Assembly: GCF_009914755.1 (NCBI RefSeq)
Contig: NC_060945.1
DNA length: 64,000 bases
DNA from: the human T2T-CHM13v2.0 reference genome, Homo sapiens
Reading direction: 5' to 3' (one strand)
Made by a program: the position numbers and the translations under genes. The notes beneath the pieces are model-generated. The model was given only the letters and a program-made list of their open reading frames with translations, made no database searches and had not been told where the DNA came from. This document shows positions 45,634 to 63,009 of this stretch, piece by piece (positions within the stretch are counted from its first letter, which is position 1; each line of letters opens with the position of its first letter).

Positions 45634-45970
45634 TGATAAGAGGATGCTGAGGCAGCAAGATGCTGAGATCTCAGGATCTGGGTGATAGGCGGCTGGAAGG
45701 GCTCTGTGCTATCCTTTCTTCCTGTGGTTGAAAATGTTCATAATTTAAAGAAGGATGTTAAGGTTCGGAGTGTAGGACTTCCGAAAACATTGCATCTCCA
45801 GTGGGAATTATTGAGAGTGAGTGGCGACAGTTGCTCTAAGGCCAGCCGAGCAGATAGGTGTCTATCCTCAGCTCTCCAGGGTCTGTGGGCAGCTCTGCTT
45901 TTTCCTCTAGTTGCATTTCTTGAGGCCACTTAGGTACATTTCCTTTCTATTCTCTCCCTTTCCTGCCCAG

Positions 45971-46148
45971 ACATTATACAACGTGAAGGCTGAGATCTTT
46001 CCCCCTTCGGGAATGGAGTATTGCAGAACAGGCTCCCTCTGCTCCCTGGAGGTTTTGATCACGAGGCTCTCAGACCTCTTGGAGGTGGATAAAGATGAAG
46101 CACTGACTGAATCTGATGAGCATTTTTCGACAAAGCTTATGTATGAAG
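45971..46148 (+). CDS. TRAPPC10: TRAPPC10 exon 21
   Basis: Acceptor tttcctgcccag; TLYNVKAEIFPPSGMEYCRTG...STKLMYE; donor G|GTAGGT. Confidence 0.94.
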
Positions 46149-46152
46149 GTAG

Positions 46153-46240
46153 GTGGTCTCGAACCCATGGGCTCAAGCAGTCCTCCCGCCTTGGCCTCCC
46201 AGAGTGTTGGGATTACAGGTGTGAGGCACTGCACTCAGCC
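46153..46240 (-). mobile_element. Alu left-arm fragment abutting the exon 21 donor
   Basis: tggtctcgaac...ctcccagagtgttgggattacaggtgtgag. Confidence 0.85.
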
Positions 46241-47121
46241 TATCTTGCATTTTGAATGGCTCTTTTACCCAGGCATCATAGCGTTACACCCTGTGCCATT
46301 AGTCATGTGGGAAACATGGTTTCCTGAGTTGTGCAGATCTTCCAAATGTGGGCACCTTTCGTTTGACAATATTTTTTTAAAATCTGCATTTGTGATCTCT
46401 CAGGGAGGGCTTGGAGCATCAGAACTCTTTCAAGCTCACAGTGGCAAGTGTAAGTTTTCCAAAATTCTGATTTTTGCTTAAAGTCTCAGATGGCATCATT
46501 GGCAGCAAATAGTCGTGTTGTTTTCTTTGAAGTGACAGGCTTACATCATTCATTTTTAATCAGACGTCTACCAAATACCCAACACTGAATAACTAGCTTC
46601 CCCAGCGCTCTTGCAAGTGAAAAGGGCGTTCTGTGAAAACAGCGGCTATTTCAGCTCGCAGCACCGAGCGCTCCCCGTGTGCTTTCCCTGAGCCAGCTGT
46701 CATTCTGCAGCAGAGACCCAGAGAATGTCAAGAACACAAGCACTCAAGAATGGAAATAACTCAAACGTCCTTCAGCTCGAGAGCGGTTAAACTGGCACAT
46801 CTGATTCCTCCTCAGCAGTGAAACAGAAGGGACTGTTGACACACGCAGTGCTGTGGTTGGATCTCAAGGGCATTATACTAAGAGAAAAACGCCAGTCCTA
46901 TAAGGAGGTGTACTGTGTGATTCCATTTCTAAATGACATCCTCAAAATGCCAGCCTCAGAAGGAGAGCGGGTCAGTGTTCCACGGAGCAGTGGGAGGCAG
47001 CAGGAGGCCGTCCTCTGTGGTAATGGAGAGTTCTGGGCCAGGGCCGCTGTGGTTGTTACACGAATCTACACATGTGACAAATGCCATAGAATTAGACCCA
47101 AAGAATGCCTGCGAAAGCTGC

Positions 47122-47511
47122 TGAAATCCAGTGGGGTCTGCAGCCTGGTTCACTCTGTAGTGAAATCCAGTGGGGTCTGCAGCCTGGTTCTATCTGTATT
47201 GAAATCCAGTGGGGTCTGCAGCCTGGTCCACTCTGTAGTGAAATCCAGTGTGGTCTGCAGCCTGGTTCTATCTGTATTGAAATCCAGTGGGGTCTGCAGC
47301 CTGGTCCACTCTGTAGTGAAATCCAGTGGGGTCTGCAGCCTGGTTCTAGCTGTATTGAAATCCAGTGGGGTCTGCAGCCTGGTCCACTCTGTAGTGAAAT
47401 CCAGTGGGGTCTGCAGCCTGGTTCTATCTGTATTGAAATCCAGTGGGGTCTGCAGCCTGGTTCACTCTGTAGTGAAATCCAGTGGGGTCTGCAGCCTGGG
47501 TCACTGTATGG
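47122..47511. repeat. Minisatellite, 39 bp x 10, with alternating A/B units (78-bp higher-order repeat), inside an old L1 3' end (~46750-47640)
   Basis: Unit tgaaatccagtggggtctgcagcctggt+(t/c)cactctgtag alternates with +tcta(t/g)ctgtat. Confidence 0.95.
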
Positions 47512-48287
47512 TACCAGTGTCAGCTTCCTGTGTTACACGAGATGGCACAGTTGGGTGAAGCTGGTGATGAAGGTATGTGACCCCTCTACTACTTTTACAA
47601 CTTCTTGTGAGTCTATAAACATTTCACAATTAAAAAAAAGTCTACTCAGGAGCTGAATTTAATAAAATGAGCACTTTTGACTGCTTTGTGAAGCGTGGCA
47701 TTTTTTTTTTTGTTTTTTTGCTGTGAGTTCATGGTAGTAAAGAACATGAGTGACATGACTGCGCAGTCTGGCCCGAGTTCATGCCATTGTGGTTGCCCCA
47801 GCAGCGCGAGGTCAGCAGCGTAGAAAGGCAGCAGTGTGAAAGCTATGAGCTTGCGGGTGCCCTGAGAGCCACACTCTGAGAACTGTCACTCCTTTGCCTT
47901 CCTCCTGACACTCCTAGGGCCTCTGCATGTCCTGTAGTAGCTCCTGTCCTCAAAGGTCCCCCATCCCCAACTACAGGATGTCCACCTCCCTGAGCCCTTC
48001 TCTGCTGCTCGTGGCCTTCTGGTCACTCACTCCCCCTGGGCGGTTGCTCGGTATCCTCATGATGGGAAGCTGTGACCTCTTTACCAGGTCTACTGCTACT
48101 GGATGGCAAGGATCCTGTCTTGCTTACTTTCATATCTCCAGGGCTAGTCCCAGTGAATGATCACTTAAGTGTTTGAATTGCATTGAATTACATGATGGTT
48201 GTGTTTTAATAATTAATGTTAATAATAACACCTGCCATATATTAAGACACTACCATGTCCCAGGAGTGGTACTAAGTGCTTTACATA

Positions 48288-49886
<1,599 letters not shown>

Positions 49887-50391
49887 TACGTATTCTCTTT
49901 CCATCCTTAAAAAGCAGCTCTGTGAGGCTGGTGGTGGTCTCAGCACTATACAGCGGTCATTGAGCCTGGAGGCCTTGGGGTGCTCTTCTGAGTGGCAGAG
50001 TTGGCTTCAGACCCAGTGGTCTTGGATACTGCCACTTACCAGACAGAACCCATTAACTGCCAAAGTCACCATACTGTGGAAGATGACACAAAAATTTGAA
50101 AACAAAATTAAATCATTTATTAACCTCACAGGAAAAATGCAGTTTTCTGTACACGTCCAGCATAATTCATTCTAATCCAGAACTAATTGAAATTGGACTC
50201 AATGAAATAGGGGTTGCCACCGTGAAAGTGCATGGCTTTATCTTCAGGCGCAGCTACAAGGCACTGGGCTCTGTGTCCGCAGTGTTTTGTCAGACAGCGT
50301 TGGGTGAGAGGATTGGGTAACGACGGCCGTGACTCTCGCCTGAGTACTGGAAGGCCCGTCCTGGATGACACATCGCTTCCTCTCGTTTCAG

Positions 50392-50586
50392 TTGTCGACA
50401 ACAGTAGCAACTGGGCAGTGTGTGGGAAAAGCTGCGGTGTCATCTCCATGCCAGTGGCTGCTCGGGCCACTCACAGGGTCCACATGGAAGTGATGCCGCT
50501 CTTCGCCGGGTATCTCCCCCTGCCCGACGTCAGGCTGTTCAAGTACCTCCCCCATCATTCTGCACACTCCTCCCAACTGGACGCTG
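50392..50586 (+). CDS. TRAPPC10: TRAPPC10 exon 22
   Basis: Acceptor ctcgtttcag; (V)VDNSSNWAVCGKSCGVISMP...SSQLDA; donor G|GTAAGG. Confidence 0.94.
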
Positions 50587-50906
50587 GTAAGGACTTTGGA
50601 AGAAAAAGTTTACCTTCAGTATTTGAGCAGGTGAGCACTTTGTGCGAGAGGTGATAAACTTATGACTGAGCAGGTTGGAGAACTAGCGGCGTGTTTTCAG
50701 TGCCGGTAGAAACTGGTACTAGAAGCCTCATCCGCTGTTAGAATCTTAGGCACCTGCTCTGAAAGCCAAGCCTCTGTGCACAGAGTGCTCTGTAAAGGGG
50801 CAGCCTCGGGTGGCATTCTGCACGTTCAGCCTGGCTCCGTGTGGCTTTGCCCGTCCCCAGGTGAGTGTCGGCGCAGCTTGGGTCTAACTTCCTGTGTGTT
50901 TTGCAG

Positions 50907-51145
50907 ACAGCTGGATAGAAAACGACAGCCTGTCAGTAGACAAGCACGGGGACGACCAGCCGGACAGCAGCAGCCTCAAGAGCAGGGGCAGCGTGCATTC
51001 GGCCTGCAGCAGCGAGCACAAAGGCCTACCCATGCCCCGGCTGCAGGCACTGCCGGCCGGCCAGGTCTTCAACTCCAGCTCGGGCACACAAGTCCTGGTC
51101 ATCCCCAGCCAAGATGACCACGTCCTGGAAGTCAGTGTAACATGA
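50907..51145 (+). CDS. TRAPPC10: TRAPPC10 last coding exon (23)
   Basis: Acceptor gtgttttgcag; (D)SWIENDSLSVDKHGDD...HVLEVSVT-TGA (51143-51145). Confidence 0.95.
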
Positions 51146-54100
51146 CAACGCCAGGGTGAACACACGCCACTTCCCAGCTAGGAGTGCACTTTATGGGACT
51201 GTGACTGGACTCTTCCGTTCTGGCTCCAGCCAGACCTTCAGTGGTCCTGCCTGGCCGTGGGGACATCAGAGAGTGTCATCACGCAGCTGGCCAGCTGAGT
51301 TCTGTTGTTGTTTTCATGCCGCCTGTGATCTCAGATTCCTGCTTTTCTCACCCCGTCCCCATGCTGGTGTCCGACGCCGCTTACTCAGAGCCCTGGCCTC
51401 CCTCCCCCTACCTCACACGCTGCTCATGAAAGTTTCCACCCACGCTGTCTCCACGGAACAGCCTCCGTCTGCTGGCTCTTCGTGGAAGGCCATTTGTCTT
51501 TCAGGTAGACACTCAGCAGCCCTCACGGTCTTAGTGACGTGTGTGCCTTTCTGGTCACACAGCTGCCCAGTTTCCTGATCGGGGTGGATTTGTGTCCCCT
51601 AAGGGGTAAAACAGCCGTTTACCGCAGATCCTCTCATTGTGCTTTTCTAGAATAACACCCTTCTAGGGGAGGCGGGTGGGGGAGGGAGGGATCATAACCC
51701 CTTCTGTGCCTTGGGATGCCGGAGCTGGGGGACCTGGAGGCCCATCAGCCGGAGCCACGTGAAAGGTACTGAAGAAAGCTGAGACCCGGCTGTGAGGAGC
51801 GCCTCAGCGGTGAGGTGGTTTAGGGATAAATGTTTCTGGAACCCTGTGGTCCCCCATAATGTTGATAGAATATCATATGCACTGGGAGTTAAATATATTT
51901 AATTTAATGATCATTATATATGTGGGGGTTAATATGTTGTTTTTCTGTCCCTTTAAAGTCTTTACATGTAATTGTAGCTGTATAATCGTTATTTTTCTTT
52001 TGCATCTTAAGTCTTAGAAATTAAGATATTCCATCGTGAGGATGAGAGAGGTCCTCAGTGTGTTTTTGGTCTGGTTGTAGGGAAGGACTCAAGTCCTGGA
52101 ATGTCCTCCACTGGTCTACTGAGTTGCAGTCACACTGTTCCAATGGATTATTTGCTTTCGGTTGTAAATTTAATTGTACATATGGTTGATTTATTATTTT
52201 TAAAAATACAGACTAACTGATGTAATGTTTATGTATAAGTTGCACCAAAAATCAAGGACAAAAATAAGTGTGTTTGTTTTTACAGGTGTGAAAGTCACAG
52301 CTTGTAAATAAGTGTTGTATGTATTAAACCTTTTCCAGTTCTCCAAAGCGATGTATTTTTGTACACTTGAAATAGAGTACTCTTAATTTACTGGGCAAAT
52401 GTGCTTGGAATTGAACTTGACAAGATTAGCTCAAGCAGATAGAGTCGGGTCCAGCAGTGGGTGGCCCTCGTGTGAATCCCCGTGGATGTGCAAGTTGTGG
52501 AGAGAAGGAGCACCGGGTTCCTGCCCAGCACTGTGCTTGCGGGAGGCGGTGGGGCATGGGAGGAAGGAGGCACAGACCGGGGAAATATGACAGCCGTCAT
52601 TTCCAGTATTCTCTGTGTTGTCTTTTAGCTCATTCAATAAATAAAGGTGGTGTGATTTTTTTTTCCTCCTGTCTTTTTCATTTGTAGAAACTGGAGACGT
52701 GTAAAGAAGATAAATAATTGTGTAATTAAACTTTCCAGAAATTTATCTTCCTCATGTGCAGTTTAACAAACTTGGTCAAACTAGTTAGCAAATTAGAACT
52801 TCAGAATCTAATGATAGTTTAGGGTTTCTAAAATAAGGTTTTTTATTGTAAAAATTGACGATTGCCCTGCATTTCTACCAAGTCCTGTGAATAAAGAGAT
52901 GGGAGATTTGATTCCGTCAGAAGAGACTGTAATCCGTGTCGTCAGCCTGGGAGCCTTCCCCAGTGTAATGTAGCTTTCTCTCTTACCTTCTGGAAGAGGG
53001 AATGTTTCATTTATTACTGTTTGATTTTCTTGTATCTGGTTCTACTCCCAGGATGAAATTATCCAACTACATATATATTTAGAGGAAGAAAGTGAAGGGG
53101 AAATTTAAAATGTTTACGGCGCTTAATTGCCTGGAAATGAAATGAAATCAAATTTATCAGTTTTTTTCCCCCTAATTACCCAAAAGATCTTTTGCAAACT
53201 ATGTTACATGAATGCTTCTGCCTCTTTAAGACAAAGAAGAATGTCACCCAAAATTGTCATTTTTTTCTTAATGTTCATCATAAAAGTCCTAAAAGAGTAA
53301 CTGTAATTGGATGTTTATTGTTTTTATCTAAAGTAAGGTGTATGTGTTTGAGACAAGCTGGTTTTGTTGATAAAGAGATGTTAAATAATTGTGAAGCCAG
53401 ATATGCAATGTGTATCTAAAAAGCAAGGAATTTGCAGCCGTTTTACAAATATCTGTGGAACATGTAAATACTGTCAAATGGAAAATAAAATAAGTTATAA
53501 TTTTTGTGAATTTCATGGGATGTCCTATGATTGGAAAAATTATAACTCTTCTGATTCTAATGTGGAAATTGTTGTATTTAATCTGAAAATGACTTTACCT
53601 ACAACAGTTCCATTGTCAGCACAGCCTAGGAGGGTCAGATTCCTGTATTAATTACTCTTAGTGGAGATGCCAGATATCCCATACAGAATTAGCAGAGAAA
53701 ATACACACAGGCTTCTATTCAAATTTTCTTTAGTGCTTAAAATTAAGTTTTAAAATGAAATCAGACACTGCAGGTTTGTATATAAAATGAAAAGCTATAC
53801 TACTTTTTATAAAAGGGCAAACTGGGCTGATGTAAATGTTTTACTTTCAACTGTGTTCTTTAAAATAAATCCTACCTGGTTTTTAAATTTTATTTTTCAT
53901 GAAAATGCTCCTTTCTCTACATTTATTCATCCTATATACATCAGGCTGTAAGACCCCCCCCAGTCATCATTAATACAATGTGTTGGGATTCTGTGACTGG
54001 AAAAGGTGACAAGTTGGTGACTTTGACACTGCAGGTATTCCATTTTCATGGTTTACTATGAAAAGTCATTTTTCATATTATGTAATATATTGTTAGATTA

Positions 54101-54170
54101 AAACCATTGTATTAAGACTTTAAAATGTAAGCATTGTAATTCTGAAAATACACATTTTAAGAAGAAACTA
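51146..54170 (+). other. TRAPPC10: TRAPPC10 3' UTR with multiple poly(A) signals (end approximate)
   Basis: Repeat-free sequence after the stop, becoming AU-rich. ATTAAA at 52323 and 54097; AATAAA at 52636/52640, 52890, 53484, 53864. Confidence 0.75.
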
Positions 54171-54302
54171 TTTTGCACTGGATCTTTTGCTGCGACATGG
54201 TGTGACAACAGTATGTAATGTGAAGATTTTATTGTTTTATCTCCCTAGTCCTTGTTCCTGACTCTTGGGCATAGATTATTTGCCTTTTGGGAAACATTCG
54301 GA

Positions 54303-54582
<280 letters not shown>

Positions 54583-54639
54583 CAGCATTCGGGACTTTAT
54601 TCATAATTCCTTACCCAACAGTTCACAAGAACGAAGACA

Positions 54640-55640
54640 TTTGGGTGTGCAGCGCTCTCATGTTGTGGACGCTGCTGTGCCAGGCTGGGCGTCCGTGCGG
54701 AGCGCGCCCAGCGCTGGAGCGCGCCTAAGAGGCGCCCTGCAGTGTGGCTCCGGGGTGTGGGCGGGGCCCGGAGAAGGCCCCGCCTTGGGAGGGGTTGGGC
54801 CTCGCGTTCAAACTCCGCCTCGGGGCGGGGCGAGGGCGACGCAGCTCCTGCCTCCTGGGCCGCTGCGGACGGTGGTGCGCGACCCCGTCCCGGGCGCGCG
54901 CGCTGTGGGCGGTGCACGCCGTCGCTTCCCGGAAGTGCGTGCTGTGGGCGGTGCCGCGCGGACCCCCGGGAAGTGTCTCTGTGGGCGGCCGCCGGGTTGA
55001 GCTGCGGCACACGTGCGACGGCCGTGATGAAGTTCGCTTACCGGGTGAGCGCGGGCGGCGGGCGGTCTGTTGGATCGGCGCGGCTCTTCCGGTGGACGGC
55101 GCCTGAGCTGGCTCCGGGCGGGCTGGGGGCGCGTGGTCTGCTTTTGCGGCGTCTGGCCGCGTGGGGGTCGCCGGCTGTCTGCGCGCCCATGGCCTCGGGG
55201 ACGCGGGGCTGTGGTGGGGCTCCTGGGAGAGCTGGGACGGAGGCGCCGACGGCTTCTCGGAGGGAACAGGGACATTTGTCGGGGTCCCGGGATATTTTTA
55301 ACCTGAGTATGGCCCAACCTAAAGGCTGGAGTTGGTGCAGTCGGGGAGGGCACAGCACCCTCGGGAGGGATGAGGAGGTGGGACGGGGCGGGGACGCGGG
55401 CGCGCGCAGGCGGGGTGAGAACAGCAGGGACCCGGGGCCCGGGACTGGTCCCTAACGAGCGAGCGTCCAGGTGAGCGGAAGGGCGGGGAACCCAGGTGTG
55501 AGCTCTGTTTCCCGAGGCCGGAGGGAATTCCTGAGGCGGACGCCCTCAGCTTTGAGAGCCAGGGAAGACTTGTCCCAGATGTGAAGTGCAGGAGGCGGGT
55601 GAGACAGGTAATAAGAGGGGGCCGCGGAGCCGGCCTGGGG
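54640..55640. promoter_or_regulatory. PWP2: CpG-island promoter of PWP2
   Basis: Very GC/CpG-rich; GC box GGGGCGGGGC 54822-54831; ETS CCGGAAGT 54929-54936; E-box CACGTG 55010-55015; no TATA box seen. Confidence 0.88.
55027..55044 (+). CDS. PWP2: PWP2 exon 1 coding part (start codon)
   Basis: ATG AAG TTC GCT TAC CGG = MKFAYR; donor |GTGAGC. Confidence 0.93.
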
Positions 55641-56593
55641 GTCTCTGAAGCGTTTGCTACAGCTGGCCGGTTATGGGGACGCCTGTGTTTCCCACAGTGG
55701 CCCTGACCGTTGCGCTTCCAGGGTTGCACGGGCCGCCTGCTGCTGAGCCCACCGTGTACTACACTTGTCCTGTCCGAAACTGGGCATGGTACTGGCCCCT
55801 CAGAGTGCTGCTCCTGTGTCCCCTGTGCTGGTGGAGCCACCGCTGTGTGCCCAGCACCAAACCAGAAACCATATCCACGTCCTCACAGGCCAGGACTTCA
55901 TCCGCTCCACATTCCTACTGCAAGGTGGCAAAAAATGTGCCTTGGAGCCTGCCTGGCCGCTTAAAGTCCTTCTGCTGACCAAGCTCCTCCCTGAGGTCCT
56001 GAGGGCGCTGCCCACTCACAGCTTCAGGGCCTGGCTGGTGCCTTCCCATTTAGATTCCAGCTCAGGTGACCCTTCCAGGTGCCTCTCCGTGACCACCGTC
56101 TAAAGTAGCCCCTGCTCCCACACTTCTCATCCCCCTCCTGCTAGAGAGAGAATATAAGGTGTGCGTGTCTGTGCGCATGGCAGTCTCCAGTGAACGCTCG
56201 TGCTCGTGAGTTAGTAAATAGGATGCTGGCTTACCACACTTCTGGAAGCCCTGAGTTCTAAGCACTTTTGGGGTGCTGTTCCATTGTTGCAGCTTTTTTC
56301 TTGGTGAAGTGTGGGCTCCATGCCCCTCTTCACCTGGCAGACGCCTCCTGTCTTGGGAGGCTTCCTCAGTGCTCACAGGGGCATCTTACCCATCTCTGTG
56401 GGAGCTTGGGGCCGCCCGGGCTCCTCTGGTCTCCTGAGGATCAGGCTCACTTCTTCCTCTCTTACCCAGGAAAGGTGAACGGGCCCCCAAGGTGGGGTTC
56501 TCTATGCCATCTCTCTGCCCAGATGCCTCACTTAGTGCTTTTCTGGGAGTCGACTGTTTTCTTTGTGTTAAGACAATTTTGTTTTCTTCACAG

Positions 56594-56706
56594 TTTTCAA
56601 ATTTGCTGGGTACGGTGTACCGGCGTGGGAACCTAAATTTTACCTGCAATGGAAATTCAGTTATCAGTCCCGTGGGCAATAGAGTCACTGTATTTGACCT
56701 TAAAAA
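56594..56706 (+). CDS. PWP2: PWP2 exon 2
   Basis: Acceptor ttcttcacag; FSNLLGTVYRRGNLNFTCNGNSVISPVGNRVTVFDLK, the conserved Pwp2 N-terminus; donor AA|GTAAGT. Confidence 0.95.
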
Positions 56707-57209
56707 GTAAGTATGTGAAAGTGGTATTCATAATAGTGATACTGATTACTATTATCACCATTTTTTAAGTAACATATGAAAACTGATAGTGTCTTCTGTG
56801 CCTTCCTTTTAATGGTGCACCCGTTAATTAAGGGAGCCCAGGAGAGGACTACAGGACAGACTAGGGTCAGCAGATCAGTTGTGGAAATTGGCAGCCAGAC
56901 CCAGTTCTTCGTTGTAGTGCCTTAGCCAGGCCCCATAAAGTGGTGTGTCACTTGGCTCCGTTCTGTGGGAAGGGACCCTGTCCCTGTGCTGTGAAGGGTG
57001 GGTGGGGGAAAAGGTGTAGCTCAGGGTTAGCCCTTCCCCCATCAGGGAAGGCCCCTAAGGGCTGAAAGGCCAGGGCTGCTGGGGGAGTTGAAGGTACCTT
57101 GGACCCCTGCTCGGGAGCCCTGCTGCCACTGGGCCTCACCAGTCGGACGGGCAGGCCCAAAGCTTCCAGCTCTGCAGCCGGAGGTCAGTTTTATTCGCTG
57201 GGGTTTAGC

Positions 57210-60335
<3,126 letters not shown>

Positions 60336-60521
60336 TAGCCCCTTATTTTCCATTTTTCTAGCAACAGTGTTACATGGGTGCACTGTCATGGTGGTTAATT
60401 CCTGTTGGGCACTTAGCTTGCTTCTGGTATTTTGATGTCACACTGAGGCGGAATAATCCTCTCATCATATCATCCTGGAAGCAGAATTGATGTATCCAAA
60501 GCTCATTTTTAAGGCTTTTAA

Positions 60522-61181
<660 letters not shown>

Positions 61182-61362
61182 AACAATGTCATTTCTTTTT
61201 CAGGAGTGGGGGGTATCCACAGATGAGCTCTGGCTTGTGGGGTCCAGTAAGATTGGAGGCGCTACTTGGGGAGGGTGAGCCGCTGGTCCCAGGCCAGGCC
61301 TGGCCTGTCTCCCTCATGTGACTTGAGGACCAACAGCACACTGTGGTTTTTGTCTTTATCAG

Positions 61363-61457
61363 CAACAAATCTGACACGCTGCCCCTGGCCACTCGGTACA
61401 ACGTCAAGTGCGTGGGGCTGTCCCCGGATGGCCGCCTCGCTATCATCGTCGATGAAG
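61363..61457 (+). CDS. PWP2: PWP2 exon 3
   Basis: Acceptor tctttatcag; NKSDTLPLATRYNVKCVGLSPDGRLAIIVDE; donor G|GTACTT. Confidence 0.93.
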
Positions 61458-61788
61458 GTACTTGCCCTTGATGTGGGCGGGTACTGAGGGGACCAGTGAG
61501 GAGGACTCAGGGCTGTGTGGGTCTGAAATGATCCGCTCCCCAGTCGCCTCCGTGTTGGGGCCCGGGTGGGGATTGGGGATGAGGGTGTCATGGGCGAGGC
61601 TGCGTCCCCGCCGCAGGCTGTGTCTGTGGCATCACCTGTGGCAGGGCAGGGCCTCATGGCCCTTGGGCATTCTCAGTCCTGACTCCTCACAGTGGACGCG
61701 AGAAAGACCTTTCTCCGTTTTTCCCGTGCTATGTATCTGGGGTGGCCCCTGGGGTAGCTGTGCGGTGGTGACCTCTGGCGTCCTGCAG

Positions 61789-61888
61789 GGGGCGATGCGC
61801 TGCTGGTCAGCCTGGTCTGCAGGTCTGTGCTGCACCACTTCCACTTCAAGGGCTCTGTGCACAGTGTGTCCTTCTCCCCTGATGGCAG
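61789..61888 (+). CDS. PWP2: PWP2 exon 4
   Basis: Acceptor tcctgcag; GDALLVSLVCRSVLHHFHFKGSVHSVSFSPDG (WD40 FSPDG); donor AG|GTAAGG. Confidence 0.93.
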
Positions 61889-62234
61889 GTAAGGGGGACA
61901 GCTTGGGGGCAGGAGGGTTCGGCCGTGCATGCCGACGGTGAGGCCCACTGCCCAGCTCGTTTCCCTGGGCCCCGGGTTGTGACGTTGGGTTGGGCACACG
62001 GCCCAAGCTCTGGCATTGGTGACCCCCTTTTCTGGAGGAGAAGGCTTGGTGCGGCCAGGCTGCCCTCCCTCCAGGGCTGTTTCTTCCCTGACTTTTGCTT
62101 CCTCTGCTCCTTGGCCTCCATCCTGCAGGAGGCGGGACTCCAGAAGGCCCAGGTGGGTGCAGGCTGAGACTCCACAGTGGCCTTAGGGCCATTGCTGGTC
62201 TTGAATATCAACTATGTCCGCGTTCCTTCCATAG

Positions 62235-62378
62235 GAAGTTTGTTGTCACAAAGGGTAACATTGCCCAGATGTATCATGCCCCTGGGAAGAAGCGGGAGTT
62301 CAACGCCTTCGTTCTGGACAAGACCTATTTTGGGCCCTACGATGAGACCACCTGCATCGACTGGACGGATGACTCCAG
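62235..62378 (+). CDS. PWP2: PWP2 exon 5
   Basis: Acceptor ccttccatag; KFVVTKGNIAQMYHAPGKKREFNAFVLDKTYFGPYDETTCIDWTDDS; donor AG|GTGCGG. Confidence 0.94.
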
Positions 62379-62637
62379 GTGCGGCCTCAGAGGCTTCGGG
62401 GGAGCGGGGCTTGAGAGAGGCCCCTTGGACAGGTCACCCCCTTGGGCCCTGCAGCTTCGTTCCGCAATGGCATCTCGGCCTCCTTTGGGGCTGGGCGCTG
62501 CCCACACCATCAGGACTGGCTGGGTGGCTGTGGTCGAGTCTTCGCGGCTCTGAAGTGTGTGCTGTGGCCGAGCCTCCTGCCCCTGCACTGCCCTTTCACC
62601 TGTTTGTCCCAGAAACTGGGAATGCTGTGGTTGGCTC

Positions 62638-62720
62638 GGGCAGCGTCTGGGAGGAGTTAGGAAGGCAGACAGGGCAGGGACAGCGTCTGGGAGGTGTGAG
62701 GAAGGCAGACAGGGCAGGGG
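62638..62720. repeat. 40-bp tandem duplication in PWP2 intron 5
   Basis: cagcgtctgggagg(a/t)gt(t/g)aggaaggcagacagggcaggg twice. Confidence 0.85.
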
Positions 62721-62873
62721 CTGTGCCGGGGTGTCTTCCTGTGCCTGGAGGCGTCTCAGCTCACTCTGAGACCACGTGGGGCTGTAGCGGTCTCCGTGCA
62801 GCCCTCTGGAGCTTGCACCTGGCTGCTTTGTTATGGCCAAGCCCTGAGGAGGTGCCATCTCCCTCTTTTCCAG

Positions 62874-63009
62874 GTGCTTTGTGGTTGGGAGCAAAGACAT
62901 GTCCACCTGGGTGTTCGGAGCCGAGCGCTGGGACAACCTCATCTACTATGCACTGGGGGGACATAAGGATGCCATCGTGGCCTGCTTCTTTGAATCCAAC
63001 AGCCTGGAC
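62874..63009 (+). CDS. PWP2: PWP2 exon 6
   Basis: Acceptor ctcttttccag; CFVVGSKDMSTWVFGAERWDNLIYYALGGHKDAIVACFFESNSLD; donor |GTATGT. Confidence 0.94.

Noticed and set aside
46818-47656. 246- and 183-aa repeat ORFs
   Set aside because: Translation of the 39-bp tandem unit plus L1 remnant.
54597-55455. Long ORFs on both strands over the CpG island
   Set aside because: Expected from stop-codon scarcity in GC-rich DNA; only MKFAYR is spliced into PWP2.
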